Source: Nitrosopumilaceae archaeon (GTDB lineage: Archaea > Thermoproteota > Nitrososphaeria > Nitrososphaerales > Nitrosopumilaceae). Taken from it: a stretch of 64,000 bases of DNA. Numbering within the stretch: the first letter of the stretch is position 1; each line of letters starts with the position of its first letter. Of this stretch, positions 42,478 to 56,010 are shown piece after piece. A model generated the notes under the pieces. That model searched no databases. It was not told the origin of the DNA and was given only the letters and a program-made list of their open reading frames with translations. The position numbers and the translations under genes are program-made. The stretch covers positions 288,001 through 352,000 of the forward strand of contig CBDBMG010000002.1 of NCBI GenBank assembly GCA_965207375.1. Reading direction: 5' to 3'.

Positions 42478-42872
42478 TTTTTAATAAAACATTTTGTGTA
42501 ACAAAACACTACAGTATGATGACAATTACATCCAAATATAATATAGCCAGAAAACAGTCATTCTGGTCCGACACGGCTTTCTGAACAAGCCAGATCAATT
42601 GCCGGATCATTCAAATTGTGCCTGTGATGGCTTGATCTTGACCCCCTCAAACACATCACTGCTGAACGAAGCAAAGAAAAGCACAGCTTGATTCTAATCC
42701 AATGTAGCACCTGACTGTAAGGATGACCCCTCTTCTCCGAAATCAAAGTAGCAATGCGTTTATAAACAACCCTGGCTGTAGGGCCCATTCCACCTGATGA
42801 GGAAAAAATCAATGGAGAAAAGGTTCCTCTCTCAACCTCCCGAATCCGTTCATCATATGTCCTTCTCTTATC
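42478..42872 (-). mobile_element. 3' end of a CRE-like (RLE) non-LTR retrotransposon, interrupted at 42872
   Basis: RIREVERGTFSPLIFSSSGGMG..CFSLLRSAVMCLRGSR; continues at 57325. Confidence 0.85.
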
Positions 42873-43974
42873 TAGGGTCCGCAATGTGAAAAATCGACCT
42901 TCAAGGATTAACTAGCAAACATCCTCCCAATGTTAGGCTAGGTGCCAAATAGAAAAGGCCAGATTGGCGCCAATTTCTATTAACTCCTTGTAGTAGAAAC
43001 TTGCAGAAATATCTGCAAATCGAGTGATAAAGCGTAGCGAATTTTCCAAAACCATTGCAACTGTCGCGATACTTGTTCTCAACCTTCATTAGTAAGTTTA
43101 CCCTGTTCTTAAGACATTTGTGGTAGCATTGTGATGGTTAATTTCCAGCGATCGCACAATCCCGACGAAAAATTGGAATTTTTTTTTACATTTTCACCTC
43201 TGGATCACAAAGTATTGAAACCTTACTAGCTCAAACATGATTGGTAACAGTTAAACTTTTACGACAGACAATATTATTAAATTTGAAGATTGTTTGCCAT
43301 CTGGGCAAACGCGATTCTACCAAAAACTCCACCAAAATCCATAATTTTGGGTGCCTAACTCCCTTTATCATGAACTATTACACTGTAAATTAGGTAGAAA
43401 GCCGTAGAAAGCTATATAACACAGCTACATACATATAGTCTTTCAGGCGTAGCTACACCGGTTGCCAACTTCAGTATGCTCACCGAGGCTGCATTTAAAA
43501 ATTATGGTGATGCAAGCATTTATCTAGGATAGTCATAATGGATCATTAAACTCCACGTCCATTACACTGCACATACGTAAATACTAAAAATAGTACTCAA
43601 CAATTTTAGACGGCGTCTCAGTGAAAATTTAATATCACAATCATTTATTTTTGTCACAGTGTCGCACTGATAATTTATATTGAGACTTTCGAACCACAGT
43701 TCTTATTATATCTTCAGGTAAGCTGACAGAAATATAACACTACAAATAAAACCACACTCGAAACATATACTCAGTTACGTTTGCGTGCATTATTTAGAAT
43801 TGATGGCATACGTAGCAGAAGTCTTTCGTTTTTGGAGATCTTAAATGTTAGGTAAGTATGTATAATATTGTCAATATAAATCTGTTGGCTTAGCTAGTCT
43901 TTCACGGCGAGACCTTTCCATCCGGCGCTTATTGCCGGATTCCAGTAGAGCTGCCGGATAGATACCGCGCTATA

Positions 43975-44820
43975 ACCTCCCTTCCTGGCAGTGGTGCTTT
44001 AGTTTCCACTGAGAGTACTACCCAAGGTGACCCTCTAGCTATGGCCATGTATGCTTTAGCTGTTTGTTCATCCTGCTGTATCTCAAGTGTGATATGCTGA
44101 TGATGCTACTGGTGTGGGTTAGTGTTCTTCCTTAAGGAAATGGTGGGATACACTTTCACAGCTTGGACCTTCATTTGGATATCATCCTAATGCTTCCAAG
44201 ACCTACCTGGTGGTGAAGGACATACGTTGTTGCTGCTAAGTGTGCCTTTAGTACTTTTACTGGTACCTGCTTTGCTGTTACAACTGATGGGCAGAGGCGC
44301 CTACGTAGTTACAGCAATTGGCCCAAGAGAGGAGACCTTTCCTTATGCAACCATTAATACTTCAGATAATGCTTATTTAGATGTTAAGGCCAGAGGCTTC
44401 TGATGTAGGGGTCAGAATGCTTATTTTGATGTAAGGGTATTTTATCCTAATGCCTCCAGTTACCACTTGCTCAGTCTCACTTCTGCCTACAAGTACCACA
44501 AGGATGCCAAGAAATGTGAATATGGTGAACGCATTAGAGAGGTTGAACATGAAGTCTTTACTCCATTGGTATGTATACTTTCACTGGTGGTATGGGTCGG
44601 GAGGCCACTGTCTTTTACAAGAGACTTGCTGATTTACTTAATTGCCACTCACTGGGGACAACCATACAGCTCGACAATTCACTGGGAATAATGCCGCTTG
44701 TTTTTCGTCTTGCTTTAATCAGCCATCTTGTGCATATGTGGAAGCAGGTCTTCTGTGCACTATCCTGTCCAGGGGCCACTGGACTTGTCAGTGGTTGTTG
44801 AGAGCCGGCTCACTGACTTA
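43975..44820 (+). mobile_element. Decayed CRE-like retrotransposon fragment
   Basis: TTQGDPLAMAMYAL, YADD, LDVKARGF, YFDVRVFYPNA, RIREVEH. Confidence 0.8.
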
Positions 44821-45854
44821 TATGATATGTATTTTAATTAGCTAGCTAGCTAGCTAAGCTACAACTTTTGTATTTACTTCTTATTTTTGCTCCCCCTGCA
44901 GAATGGTGATTTGAGAATTATTTAATTGGCTGGATCACATGTGATGACATTATATTTTTAATGATCACATTTGTATACCTAATTGGTCTGATGTGAACCT
45001 CCCTGTGAAAAGGGTCTGGCCACGCGAGGTTAGGCTTTAGCTATATAGTGCAGAGTTGTATTTTGGGGCACTGTTGACTCGGGCAGTTTAACTGCATTGT
45101 AGATCAGGGTGCATGGGACTAAAATGCCGTAACTGGCTAAGAAAGACTGAGTCAATATAGCTAGCTATAGTTATACGTAGCTAGGATAATGGGATGATTT
45201 GATTTCAGAATACAATGATAAAACTAAAAAGTGTCATGGTTATGTGGTCAAGACTGCTAATTATTGTTATAATTTAGATGCTTATTTTGTAATTAGCTAT
45301 CCACCAGTGATAGTGCATATTTGACAATCCATGCACAATGTGTGCAGATACGAAACTAAAATAAATTTTTGAAATGATTTCTAGTAAATAGTCAAGATGG
45401 TAATTAAATTAGTGAATGAATTGAAGTCCAGGGCACAAGCATTTTATATTACTATGTTTTGTAAACTTTACAGAACTCAAAATTTGATTTGTGAATTACT
45501 GCTGCTACATAGTTAACCAAGTCCAATTGTTTTTGACCATTTCATGAAGCTAATGGCATGAAATAACCATGTATAGCTAGCTAGCATGTATGTAGGTCTA
45601 TGTTGTCATTGTTTAATTTGTTAAGTAGCTATTAGCCATGTACTTGAATCAAGTTATGGCTACATCAAAGAAATGTGCATCAAAGCATAGCTATATAGTT
45701 TATCTTAGCTATATATAGTATGCATACGTACATATATGTAGCTATTTTCCTTAATTGCTAAATTTGTAACTCGTTAGCTGGATGGCTGCATGGTGAATCT
45801 TATGTATTCTAGTAAAACTTAAGTAGGTGCATAGCTAGCTACTGGTATGTATAT

Positions 45855-46029
45855 CAGTGCTTGAAATATGGATTAGAAATTGGTTGGCCATTTATTGAAA
45901 GTAGGAACATATCATTGGATTCCCCATTGGAAATGTACAGTAAATTTGTCCTAGCATATCAGTTTTGGTTGGTCAAATCCTGAACTTGGTTGGAAAATGG
46001 CCGATGGCTGACTGCTATTTCAAGCTCTG
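45855..46029. mobile_element. Short MITE (cagtgcttgaaata / tatttcaagctctg)
   Basis: 14-bp imperfect TIR. Confidence 0.55.
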
Positions 46030-46326
46030 TATATATATATTAGTTAAGTTTGGTTATCCTTATTTTTACTGCATGCTTATATGTAGGTTTGATAATAAAA
46101 TAGCTATGACTAGCTATGGCTATACGATGGAGCAATTTGATGATGATTGATAATAATAATAATAATAATGTAAAAAACAAAAAACTGAAGTAGCTACATC
46201 TACAATCCAGTTAGTTATTATTCAGATGACAATCAAATCAAAGCAATTCCATGATAGGCTGGACAAGGTCATCTTTATCTAAAGATTAATTATAACCGCT
46301 ACTTTATTAATTAAAAGAGAGTTGGG

Positions 46327-49300
46327 CTAGTCTACTGTTTTGAAATCTCCATCTGCTATGTCCTGATATAAATTGAAGTGACAGTGTTCTGTTTCACCAT
46401 CATAAACAAGTTCATGTGTTTTTACATTGGAATTATAACTTAACACTACACCCCTGAACCACTGATCTTCTCCAGAGTCTAATTTAAATCTATGGAGAAC
46501 TTCTTTTCCTACTAAAGCAAAAGGATCACTGATGGCTGATATTGATTTGTTGGTATCTTCAGACGATGGTGGATGGTCTTTAAGGAAATCTGTTAAATTT
46601 TGAATTATATCTGCAAGCGGTCTCTGCTTGCCTTTGTGAGATAATGTAATTTTGCTTTAGAAACTTTTTTCTGATGTTAATTTGCATCCGTAAGAGAGCA
46701 TATTTTTCTTTCTTTCTTTTAGAAGCTGTGGCATTCATGCACACGTCAATCTCTTTGAGGGCTTCCTTTAACTCTGTTGGAGTTTTGATGAGATGTTGGT
46801 GTGAAAGATATTCTTTTTCTTTGGCTTCTTTCTCCCTCATTGCAGTTCTTCTTAGGTAACATTGCTTCATGACCTTTTGTCTCTGTTCTCTTCTTTTTGT
46901 TTCTTCTGTGTAACACTGCTTTAGAACAGTTTGTTTATTTTTGATAGCCAATTGAGTGATGGTTTGCTTTGAGTGTGGTGAGAGCGCTTGATACCATTTC
47001 ATTGTTTTGTTTTTCTTCACTTGAGTCAAAGTTGATCTTGTTATTTGATGCATGTTAGGAATCGCAGTTGTCAGATAGTCATTCAAGCCTAAGATTGATT
47101 CACATACATCATTATTTGGTTTAAGGCTTTTCAAAATAGTTTCTATTGCAGAATCTGGATTCCAGTACTTTCCGCCAGGCAGGTGTGCTTTAGCATAATC
47201 AGCTAGCTTTTCCTCCATTTTTTTAGCACCACTTGCAAGGAGTGGACAAAGCAAACTTTCATTCCATTCATCTGGCTCAAACAGATGTGTATAAATTGGT
47301 TCATTCCTCTTCGTATCCGGTGATTTAAATTTTCATCTAAACTATAAAGCCGTTCTTCAGATAGAAACACCTTGCAGCTTTTGTTTAATGCTATCTTAGG
47401 ATCCTTTTGTATTGCCTGAAGAAAATGCTGTAGTTCTAAATAATGCTGCTTCATATCATATACTGACTTATTTAACTTGTTAGATTTTGCCAGCATTACA
47501 ATGTCTGCATAAACAAAATAGAACATAAGGGCATCAGCTTTCAGACGTGACAGTTCACCAGTAGTTTGTAATTTACTATATAACGTCTGCTCCAAGTTAT
47601 TTCCTTTGTCTTTTCCAGTGTATTCAAGAAATTCTAAGGCTGCTTTGGTAAGAAAGAATATTTTGCATGCATTGGATGCTGATATAAAATATCTACTACC
47701 AACTTGCCTATCCAACACCACATTTGAGCATAGCTGATAATAGTTAGTTGTTTGTTCTTCATTTTTTATTGCTAAAAAATCTGGAAATGCCAGACCACCA
47801 CAGCCATACTCGGGTGTGCCATATCTTCCAAATAATTTGCAAAATTCATGGATCAGGGTGTCTGTTAGATCATATTCCCTATGTGCATGTAACTCTAAAG
47901 TACTGTGATCTTTAGTACCCTCCAGAAATGCCTTTCGGAGATTACTGCCAAGATGCATTGCACAAAGATTCTCAACAAGCTCTACAGCCTCAGAGTTAGC
48001 TATACCTAAGTTAATTTGATCCTTTTTACGGCGTTCTTCTACTAATCGATTGAACCTCTTTTGTGCTGATGCAGAATCAGATGTCATTGAATTGAGCAGG
48101 GTCCAATTAATTTTTTCTGGGCTCTCTAACTTTAAGTCATATGCTATGTTGCGCAATTTCTCTAATTCAGTCTCTACCAATTCAACCATGCTATCAGCTG
48201 AACCATCAGGCACTTCATTAAGACATAACACCATTCCATTGACAGAAACTGCACCTATTTTCTTTTGACATTTTGTTGTTCCATCTGAGTTCAGATGAAG
48301 GGATTTGCCTTCAGAAATAGAGTAAGCTTTTTGAGCCATGCAAATTGTGTTCATCTCTTCTCTCCTCATATAACCTGCACATTTTTCCCGAGGTAGCTTT
48401 AGATCATTGGTATTCATTGTGGGAAAGAAGCAATTCAATACAGATTTGATAATACTTTCAATTTTTGCTGGTGGTATTTGATCTGCAAGCAGTTTATAAT
48501 ATAATTCTCGTACAGCCTGATTGTATACTGTACCATTTTTTGTGTCTATAACATTGTCGAATGTTGTCAATTGAGTATTGCTCATACTCGTACCTACCAT
48601 TGCAAGTTTTTTTGATTTCAAAGTTATGACTTCTTGCAAAAGTTCAGCATTTCCATTAATTAGAAGCTCCTCTGTATGCAGCATATCAGAAATTGTGGAT
48701 CGATGCATTTCATTAATATGGTGTATTTTTTGATATGCTCTGTCTCTTTCTCTTTGTAGAACATTTTTTTCATGAGAAATTTTCTTTAAATTCTCTTGTA
48801 TGCAAATTAATTCTGTTTTAATGCTCTCAACTTCTGTATTAGTATCACAATCATGATCTTGTATTTGATCTTCATACACATCTTGTTGCTCAGTGTGTGA
48901 ATGTGCAGTAATAGCATAGGGCATGAGTGCTGTGTTAGGCCTGTCTGAAGCCACCACTTTTTCAATAAACAAATATGTATTGTTTGGAGTACTTCCTCTT
49001 TCTTGTAACTGCTTGTCAATACTAATGTAAAATCTCCCAAGAGAAGCTTTGGTTGCTGAACGCGTTTGTTCCCATTCCTTCAAAAATGGATGTAACTTTC
49101 TGTAAAATTCCAAATTTGGAATTCCATGCAGTGACCATCTGCTAGGTATATCTCCATCAAAATTAGCTGCAGATTGCTGGGAACATAGAAATGTTTCACT
49201 TAAAATTTCTGATGTGAGACCATAGTGGTGTAGTTCTTCAGGAAACGACACGCACTCTGTGAATCAATGCATGTGTATGTTATATGTAATTCATGTTTAG

Positions 49301-49960
49301 TGCGCTACTTGCATGCATGTACTAACGAAACTAAGTGCATATATATTAGCTATATGCGTGCACATGCAATAGGCTCATTATAACAGCATCACTGAAGATT
49401 ACATTATACATAATTAAAAGTGTTAAAAATTGCTAGCTATAAAGCTATATGTTCACTATCAGTTACATTTTGAGTGACAATTGCATACATATAGCTATGT
49501 ATATATACAGTGCTATAAATAGGTATACCATAGCATATATAGCTAGCTAGCTACATAGCTATATAGTTAGTAATATTCAGCAAGCAGCTATATATTTGTT
49601 TAACGCCTATGCATCATAGCTAACTAGTTAACTGTTGTTATAGATACGTAGCTAAATAGCTAGCTACATAGCTATATTATTTGGATAGTTACCTTGACAT
49701 TTGATGGTAATATTTCTGATTCTGGGCTTTCACTCTCTCTTCAAGTATGATTTCTGTGCTGATCCTTTTATTTTCTTATTCTTGATAGGGGCAGCAATTC
49801 ACCTTGCTGTTTCTAAAAATCTACTAGGCCTTCCAATATAGATTAGTGGATAGCGTTGCTTGAATTGTTCATACACAAATTCTGCAGTAGACACTGTGTT
49901 GTCTGTTACTCTATCTGCCTTATTCAGTATCTCTATAATCTCTTGATACGTACAACTCAT
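46327..49960 (-). pseudogene. Divergent hAT-like DDE transposase with C-terminal Tudor-like domain
   Basis: LHLNSDGTTK (D1), MTSDSASAQK (D2), CAMH (CxxH), NNDVCESILG (E); probable exon 1 at 49960-49692 (with stops) and exon 2 from ~49256; frameshifts near 47290 and 46640. Confidence 0.75.
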
Positions 49961-50489
49961 AGCAGCCGGCAACGATCTCGTTCTATTACATAATGATGTA
50001 GCTATATAGCTATTTAACTGGCTTGTATAGCTATAGTGTAACTATATATCTCTATATGCATGTATATAAATTATTGTTGCTAACTGTAATGTTATTTTGT
50101 TAAGGTAATAAGCTTATGTTGTGTACTTAATACATAAGTAATAAGTGGGATATTATAATTATTAAAGCTTTAAAAATAAAAGGGTTGGGGTGGTATTTAG
50201 CTATATTAAAAAAGATTTTAGGAACAATAGGTAAATTTTAGATAATAACTACGTAGGTAGAATTATAAGCATAATACGTATGCGCAGCCTTAGCTACCAT
50301 GTGCATATAATTATGTACATACTTCTATGTATATCATGTATGACATACCTACATAATTATTGCAATGACGTGTACAACAATGTTCTTGTTGTGTATGTAG
50401 GTATGCACCAAAAATGTGACAAAAACTCGGCTGCTGTGGCTGTGGGATTTACCCTATTTTCTGTAACATTTTAAGTCTCAGTTTTTGTT

Positions 50490-52170
50490 ATCAGTCAAGG
50501 AGAGATCTCTTCAAGTGAGGGGACAACTCAGGGTGATCTCCTTGCAATGTCAATGCCGGTAGCTATATGCATGCACTTGCTGCATGTCAGTGGTGTCTCT
50601 AATAAGACGGTTAATAAGCTCTACCATTCCTGCTGGCTTCTCAGGTATGGTTTGCTGACGATGCCACTGCAGTTGGATCTGCTTCTGCACTGTTGGAATG
50701 GTGGCACCATCTTGTTTCTATTGGCCCTACCTTTGGGTACAATTTCCCAATTCATCAAAGACTTTCCTGCATGCATGCCGGATTGTCACTGAAACCATGC
50801 AGAGCCAGCACCTTTCACAAGCTGAACTATATATACTTTTTGCTAACACTGATATAACCGGCTGTTACAGTACAGGGCCAATGGCATCTTGGTGCAGCTC
50901 TTGGTTCACGCTCTCTTGCTGAATAGTATGTTTCAAATAAAGTGACTCAGACTGGATTGGCGAGATATCAAGGCTGTCCAAGATTGCAAAATCCTGTCCA
51001 TGCACATGCTAGCTACCTAGTTACTGTGCTCTTACTCATGGCATAATTGCATAATCATTGGACATATAGCTATGTCCTGAGGATATATGTCCTGAGGATA
51101 TAGTGTCCTGAGGATATAGCTTCACTACTAACACCACTTGAGGATGCTATTCATTTGCATGCTCTTCCCTGTTGTCTTGGTGGGATGGGAATTAACTATT
51201 CCAACTGACATTGCTGATTCTCAATTTGATGCATCTGTTAGGGTTAGCTACAACCTCCCTGAAAAGCTTAAGTATGCATCAGTCATTGGCAGCTCCTCCA
51301 CTGCCGGATGTCCGGCTCTATCAAAGCTGGCATTCATAACATCGTGCTGCCAACAAGGCTAAGGCTCATTCAAGATGTTTATGTAAACCTATCCCAGCCT
51401 CTTAGGGCCATGGATTTAAATAGTGAGAAAGGCTCCTCTTCATGGTTGACAGTTCTCCCATTTTGTGACCATCAGGGTTTCCATCTGACTAATTCTGGGA
51501 TGCAATACATTATGGCTGGACATTGCCTTACACCCCTGGTCATTGTGTGCATGTGGTGTTTCCTTCTCCAGCTCCTGATTATGCTATGGCTTGTTGCCAT
51601 GGGGACTAGCTCTATCTCCTGAACTCTATCATCATACTCCCTTTTCTTCATCATCTCATGACATCTATATACACAGCAGAGATACCTGGAGTTACGGTAT
51701 AGCTTTGTGCATTAGGGTGAAAAAACCCTTACATCAAAAAGGCACTCTGCCTGCGACCCCAGAAACCGTGAACATGCATGTATCCACACGAGCATCATCA
51801 TTCTTGCTTCAGCTGGTTAGCAGTGGCTGAAACAATAATCTCTCCTGCATGTGCATGTGAGTGGTTGTACTGAAGGTTCAATAATAACATCTTGACATAC
51901 ACATCCAAGCCATTCAGCTCAGTGTGACTGAGATCTCAAGTTTATTATGACACACAAAATGGAGCCCGCTCATTTACTCCCCTGCTATACTGGTAGTGAA
52001 GCGGCTTTTTTCATTGGCTGGCAGATCTCCTAGCCATGCAGTAAGCATTGTTGGACATAGGTATATATAGCTACCACCTTGTCTTGGGTTCAATGTGTAC
52101 TTGCTTTTCTCCATTATGTGTATTCGGGGCAGCAGATCCATCTCCTTCAGGTGCTTCAGCTGAGATGAGC
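50490..52170 (+). mobile_element. Decayed CRE-like retrotransposon fragment
   Basis: SSEGTTQGDLLAM, QVWFADDA, MDLNSEKGSSSWLTVLP. Confidence 0.75.
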
Positions 52171-52502
52171 CTGGCCATGAGTCCCACTGCTGTGTAAAAG
52201 TTATTATAACTGGTTGTTATAGCAAAATAAACTGACCATAAAAATTTTATGAGAAATTAAAACTTGTATTATAGACTACCTTGGTTACTAACTTACTATG
52301 TCCTTAGTTACTTGTCTTACTGGTTGAAACCAATAACAAATAGGTACTGGAGTACCATACAATACTTGTATATGCACTGTAGAGGCTTGTAGGAAAGGGA
52401 ACTATGAAGGAGGATATATATTATATTATATTGTATACATACCACTTCCTACTATTAAGTGCTATAATACTTAATGATATACACACACATATACGTACGT
52501 AC

Positions 52503-52846
52503 TAAGGCTCAAACAAATAGTTGAATATTCGGCTTAATATTCGTTTTACCATTATTCGTATTCAAAAATAGTTGACCAAATATTCGTTTACTGTTTATAG
52601 TGAGAACTGATTTTTGGGTACTTTGGTTTAAATGGATAGCACACTGTTAGTGTACATAATAATCAATGTTTAACGTCAAGATTTCAGAGTAATTTGCCTT
52701 CACTATAGACACTATGAGTGAGATAGGAGTCATAAATTGACTGAAAGTAGTATCATTTTACCACTTTTATATGTAAAAGAATATTCGGACTACTTGAAAA
52801 TTAAAGAATATTTGAATATCAAAATATACTATTCGTTTGAGCCCTA
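52503..52846. mobile_element. hAT MITE
   Basis: taaggctcaaac / gtttgagcccta termini; TSD gtacgtac / gtatgtat. Confidence 0.7.
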
Positions 52847-52879
52847 GTATGTATGTATGTACATACATACATACATACA

Positions 52880-52978
<99 letters not shown>

Positions 52979-54873
52979 CCTTCAGAATGGTTCCTTAATT
53001 CTTCAGAATCCTTTATAGTGATGTGTTGCACTAGTGTAACTTGTTTAGTTCCACTAGACTTCTACAATTAGTACTTTGTAGTAGACAGAAGTGGGAAGGC
53101 ATATTTTTTACCTGAGATAGTAACATGGTATCCTCAATCTGACAGGGATTATGATGACAACTCAAGTAAAGTGGTCACACTTCAAGGATGTCAGAAAGGA
53201 TTCTGTCTTTGTATCAATAAGGATGTTAAATTTCCTAAAAATTATATTAATTGGTAAAATTTAGTGGTTTAATGTAGTGCCAGCTACCCATGCATTAACA
53301 GAAAGAATATTGACTGCTAATGATATGCTGTCAAGTCCCCGTATATATCAATTTTTCTGGATTTGCCATAACTCGAAAGGACCTTCACCTGTACATATAA
53401 TATTTCATAGGAAATGTATCACACAGCGGCCTGATTTCCGGTAATCTAACTGGTCGATGTTTAGCCATATGCTAAAAGTTGATTGCAATTGACATGGTTG
53501 ACTAGTTGTGCAATGAAGTTCAATATTGTATCATCAGTTTTATGTATTTGTAGTGACTAAACTATACACATTCATTATACACTTTCGTTGTCTGATTACA
53601 ATATTACAACACTAATATATAACACTACAAATTATATGTGTAAGTTGTGCAGGAAGAGTGACGTGTTAATCATGTGGCTGTGGTGATATACTTATATGTA
53701 TCCTTACACCTTGTTTGTAGTTATGCAGTATCTCATTGGACAACATTAACTCCATGGCTTACATCAACCCTGATGTCAGTTAAGCACTCCTTTGAAATAT
53801 AGCAACCTTACAGCTTACCACAATGAAATAACCATTGCATGTCCATAAGTCACAGAACTGTATAGCAACAATGCAGTGCCATGTACTGCCAGTAATTTTT
53901 CAAAGAATTCTTATCCATGCATGGTAGCTATTCACATGCTCCCTACTACGTGTGTACATGTATAACTACAGCTTGACTAACAGATGCAGGGAGGTACGAC
54001 TTTTCCTCTTCTGAGAAATAAAATTGATGTTCAAGAATGTGCTGTTTAAGATTGGAGAGCTCTTTTCCCAGGAGCTATGTGGCTATAGTTGTACATGACA
54101 TGAATATACTTCATGCACCTTTCCCATTGTTTGTTGGTAGCGGCTTATGGTTAACAATCTTGCCATCATTTTCCTGGCATTTGACTAACCAAACCAAACT
54201 TTGACCAGACCAATCTCTCCAGTTACATTATCACTGAGGAAGCCAATAATATGCATATGTCGACAATAGGAAAACAATTGTCTGACTGATTGTCAATTGT
54301 AACCAGTGCAGTTCACAACTTGTTAGAAAGAGCTAATACCCATGTCATATACGTGGGAAGCTCTATCTATTACTTGGTGGGTGTTCTTTAACGGGTATCA
54401 TATGGAACAGTTTGGTAAGATTGTGATGCATATGCTAATCGGTGAACTGGCCGCATATTTAGTGTACATGCATGCACGTTTGCTACACTGTCACATTACA
54501 TGGCTAACTAAATGATTAAGTAGTTAATATGTTATTGTAGGACAAGTAGGCATCCCGTCCCACGTTAAGATACTCATCACATAATTATTTATAATGATGG
54601 CCGGACAATGCATTTGAAATCATTACCAGTTTAACTGCGGTACGTAACATCCTGGAATTTGTCAACACAAACACATTCCTTTGCTGTAAACGTATGCGTA
54701 GTTACTTTCTATTTACTGATGCAATGTTAATGTCGGCTAGACAATTCAGCTGTAGCCCCGCTATCTATAAACTAAGTAACCTATAATATATAGCTATATA
54801 TAGCTACATGCAGTCCTGACCATGTTATTGACAGAACTTATTCTTATACAGAAAGTGGTTATGCATATACATG

Positions 54874-56010
54874 TAGAGTGATTGATCGATTACTGACAGA
54901 TTCTTTACCCGGACGGCTGTAGCAAGCAACCAAGAAAACATACAACCTTGATTTTTGCACCATAGACACTTCTAACCTAGTCAAACTTTGAGTGAAAAAA
55001 TCAAGCTTATAGCGTGATGCACTTCGTGACAGCGATCGAAAACATGTGTCCGAAAAGACAATCGATAACCGGACAAAAATATCTATTTTACGGACACAAG
55101 CTTGTAAAGCACCTAAACAGTAACGGAATTCTGTGAAATTCTGCATTATAGTACATGCACTTATGATTAACTCTGATACAAAATTTCAAATATTTATCGC
55201 TTGTCTTTCACCAGCTACAGTCAATTAAACTTCGAAGGTATGAGAAAATCTATATCCGGACACCTTTTTAGTTTTATATATATTTATGGGATTTCAAGTG
55301 GTTATCTAGTATCCTATTGGGTCTATAGAACAGCTCCTTGGCTGTTCTATTTGGTCGGTGTTGTTTATATTATTTTCGAACACTTAACACGTTTCGCAGT
55401 GGAGTAGGCTGCACTGCGAAAACACTCGGCAAAAATAAAACACTTAACACGTTTCGCAGTGGAGTAGGCTGCACTGCGAAAACACTCGGCAAAAATAAAA
55501 GTGCTCGAAAATAATATAAACAACACCAACCAAAGAGAACAGCCAAGGAGCTGTTCTATAGGCCAAATAGGATACTAGATAACCACTTGAAATCCCATAA
55601 ATATATATAAAACTAAAAAGGTGTCCGGATATAGATTTTCTCATACCTTCGAAGTTTAATTGACTGTAGCTGGTGAAAGACAAGCGATAAATATTTGAAA
55701 TTTTGTATCAGAGTTAATCATAAGTGCATGTACTATAATGCAGAATTTCACAGAATTCCGTTACTCTTTAGGTGCTTTACAAGCTTGTGTCCGTAAAATA
55801 GATATTTTTGTCCTGTTATCGATTTTCTTTTCGGACACATGTTTTCGATCGCTGTCACGAAGTGCATCACGCTATAAGCTTGATTTTTTCACTCAAAGTT
55901 TGACTAGGTTAGAAGTGTCTATGGTGCAAAAATCAAGGTTGTATGTTTTCTTGGTTGCTTGCTACAGCCGTCCGGATAAAAATTCTGTTGGTAATCGATC
56001 AATCACTCTA
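54874..56010. repeat. 1.14-kb palindrome (fold-back/MITE) with a central 60-bp tandem duplication
   Basis: ~510-bp inverted arms; 55381-55440 is identical to 55441-55500. Confidence 0.92.

Noticed and set aside
53100-54520. Possible very old LINE remnant on the minus strand
   Set aside because: No clear motif could be read by eye
55381-55500. Hammerhead ribozyme or Penelope pLTR suggested by acgtttcg...cgaaa
   Set aside because: No CTGANGA core in the proper arrangement
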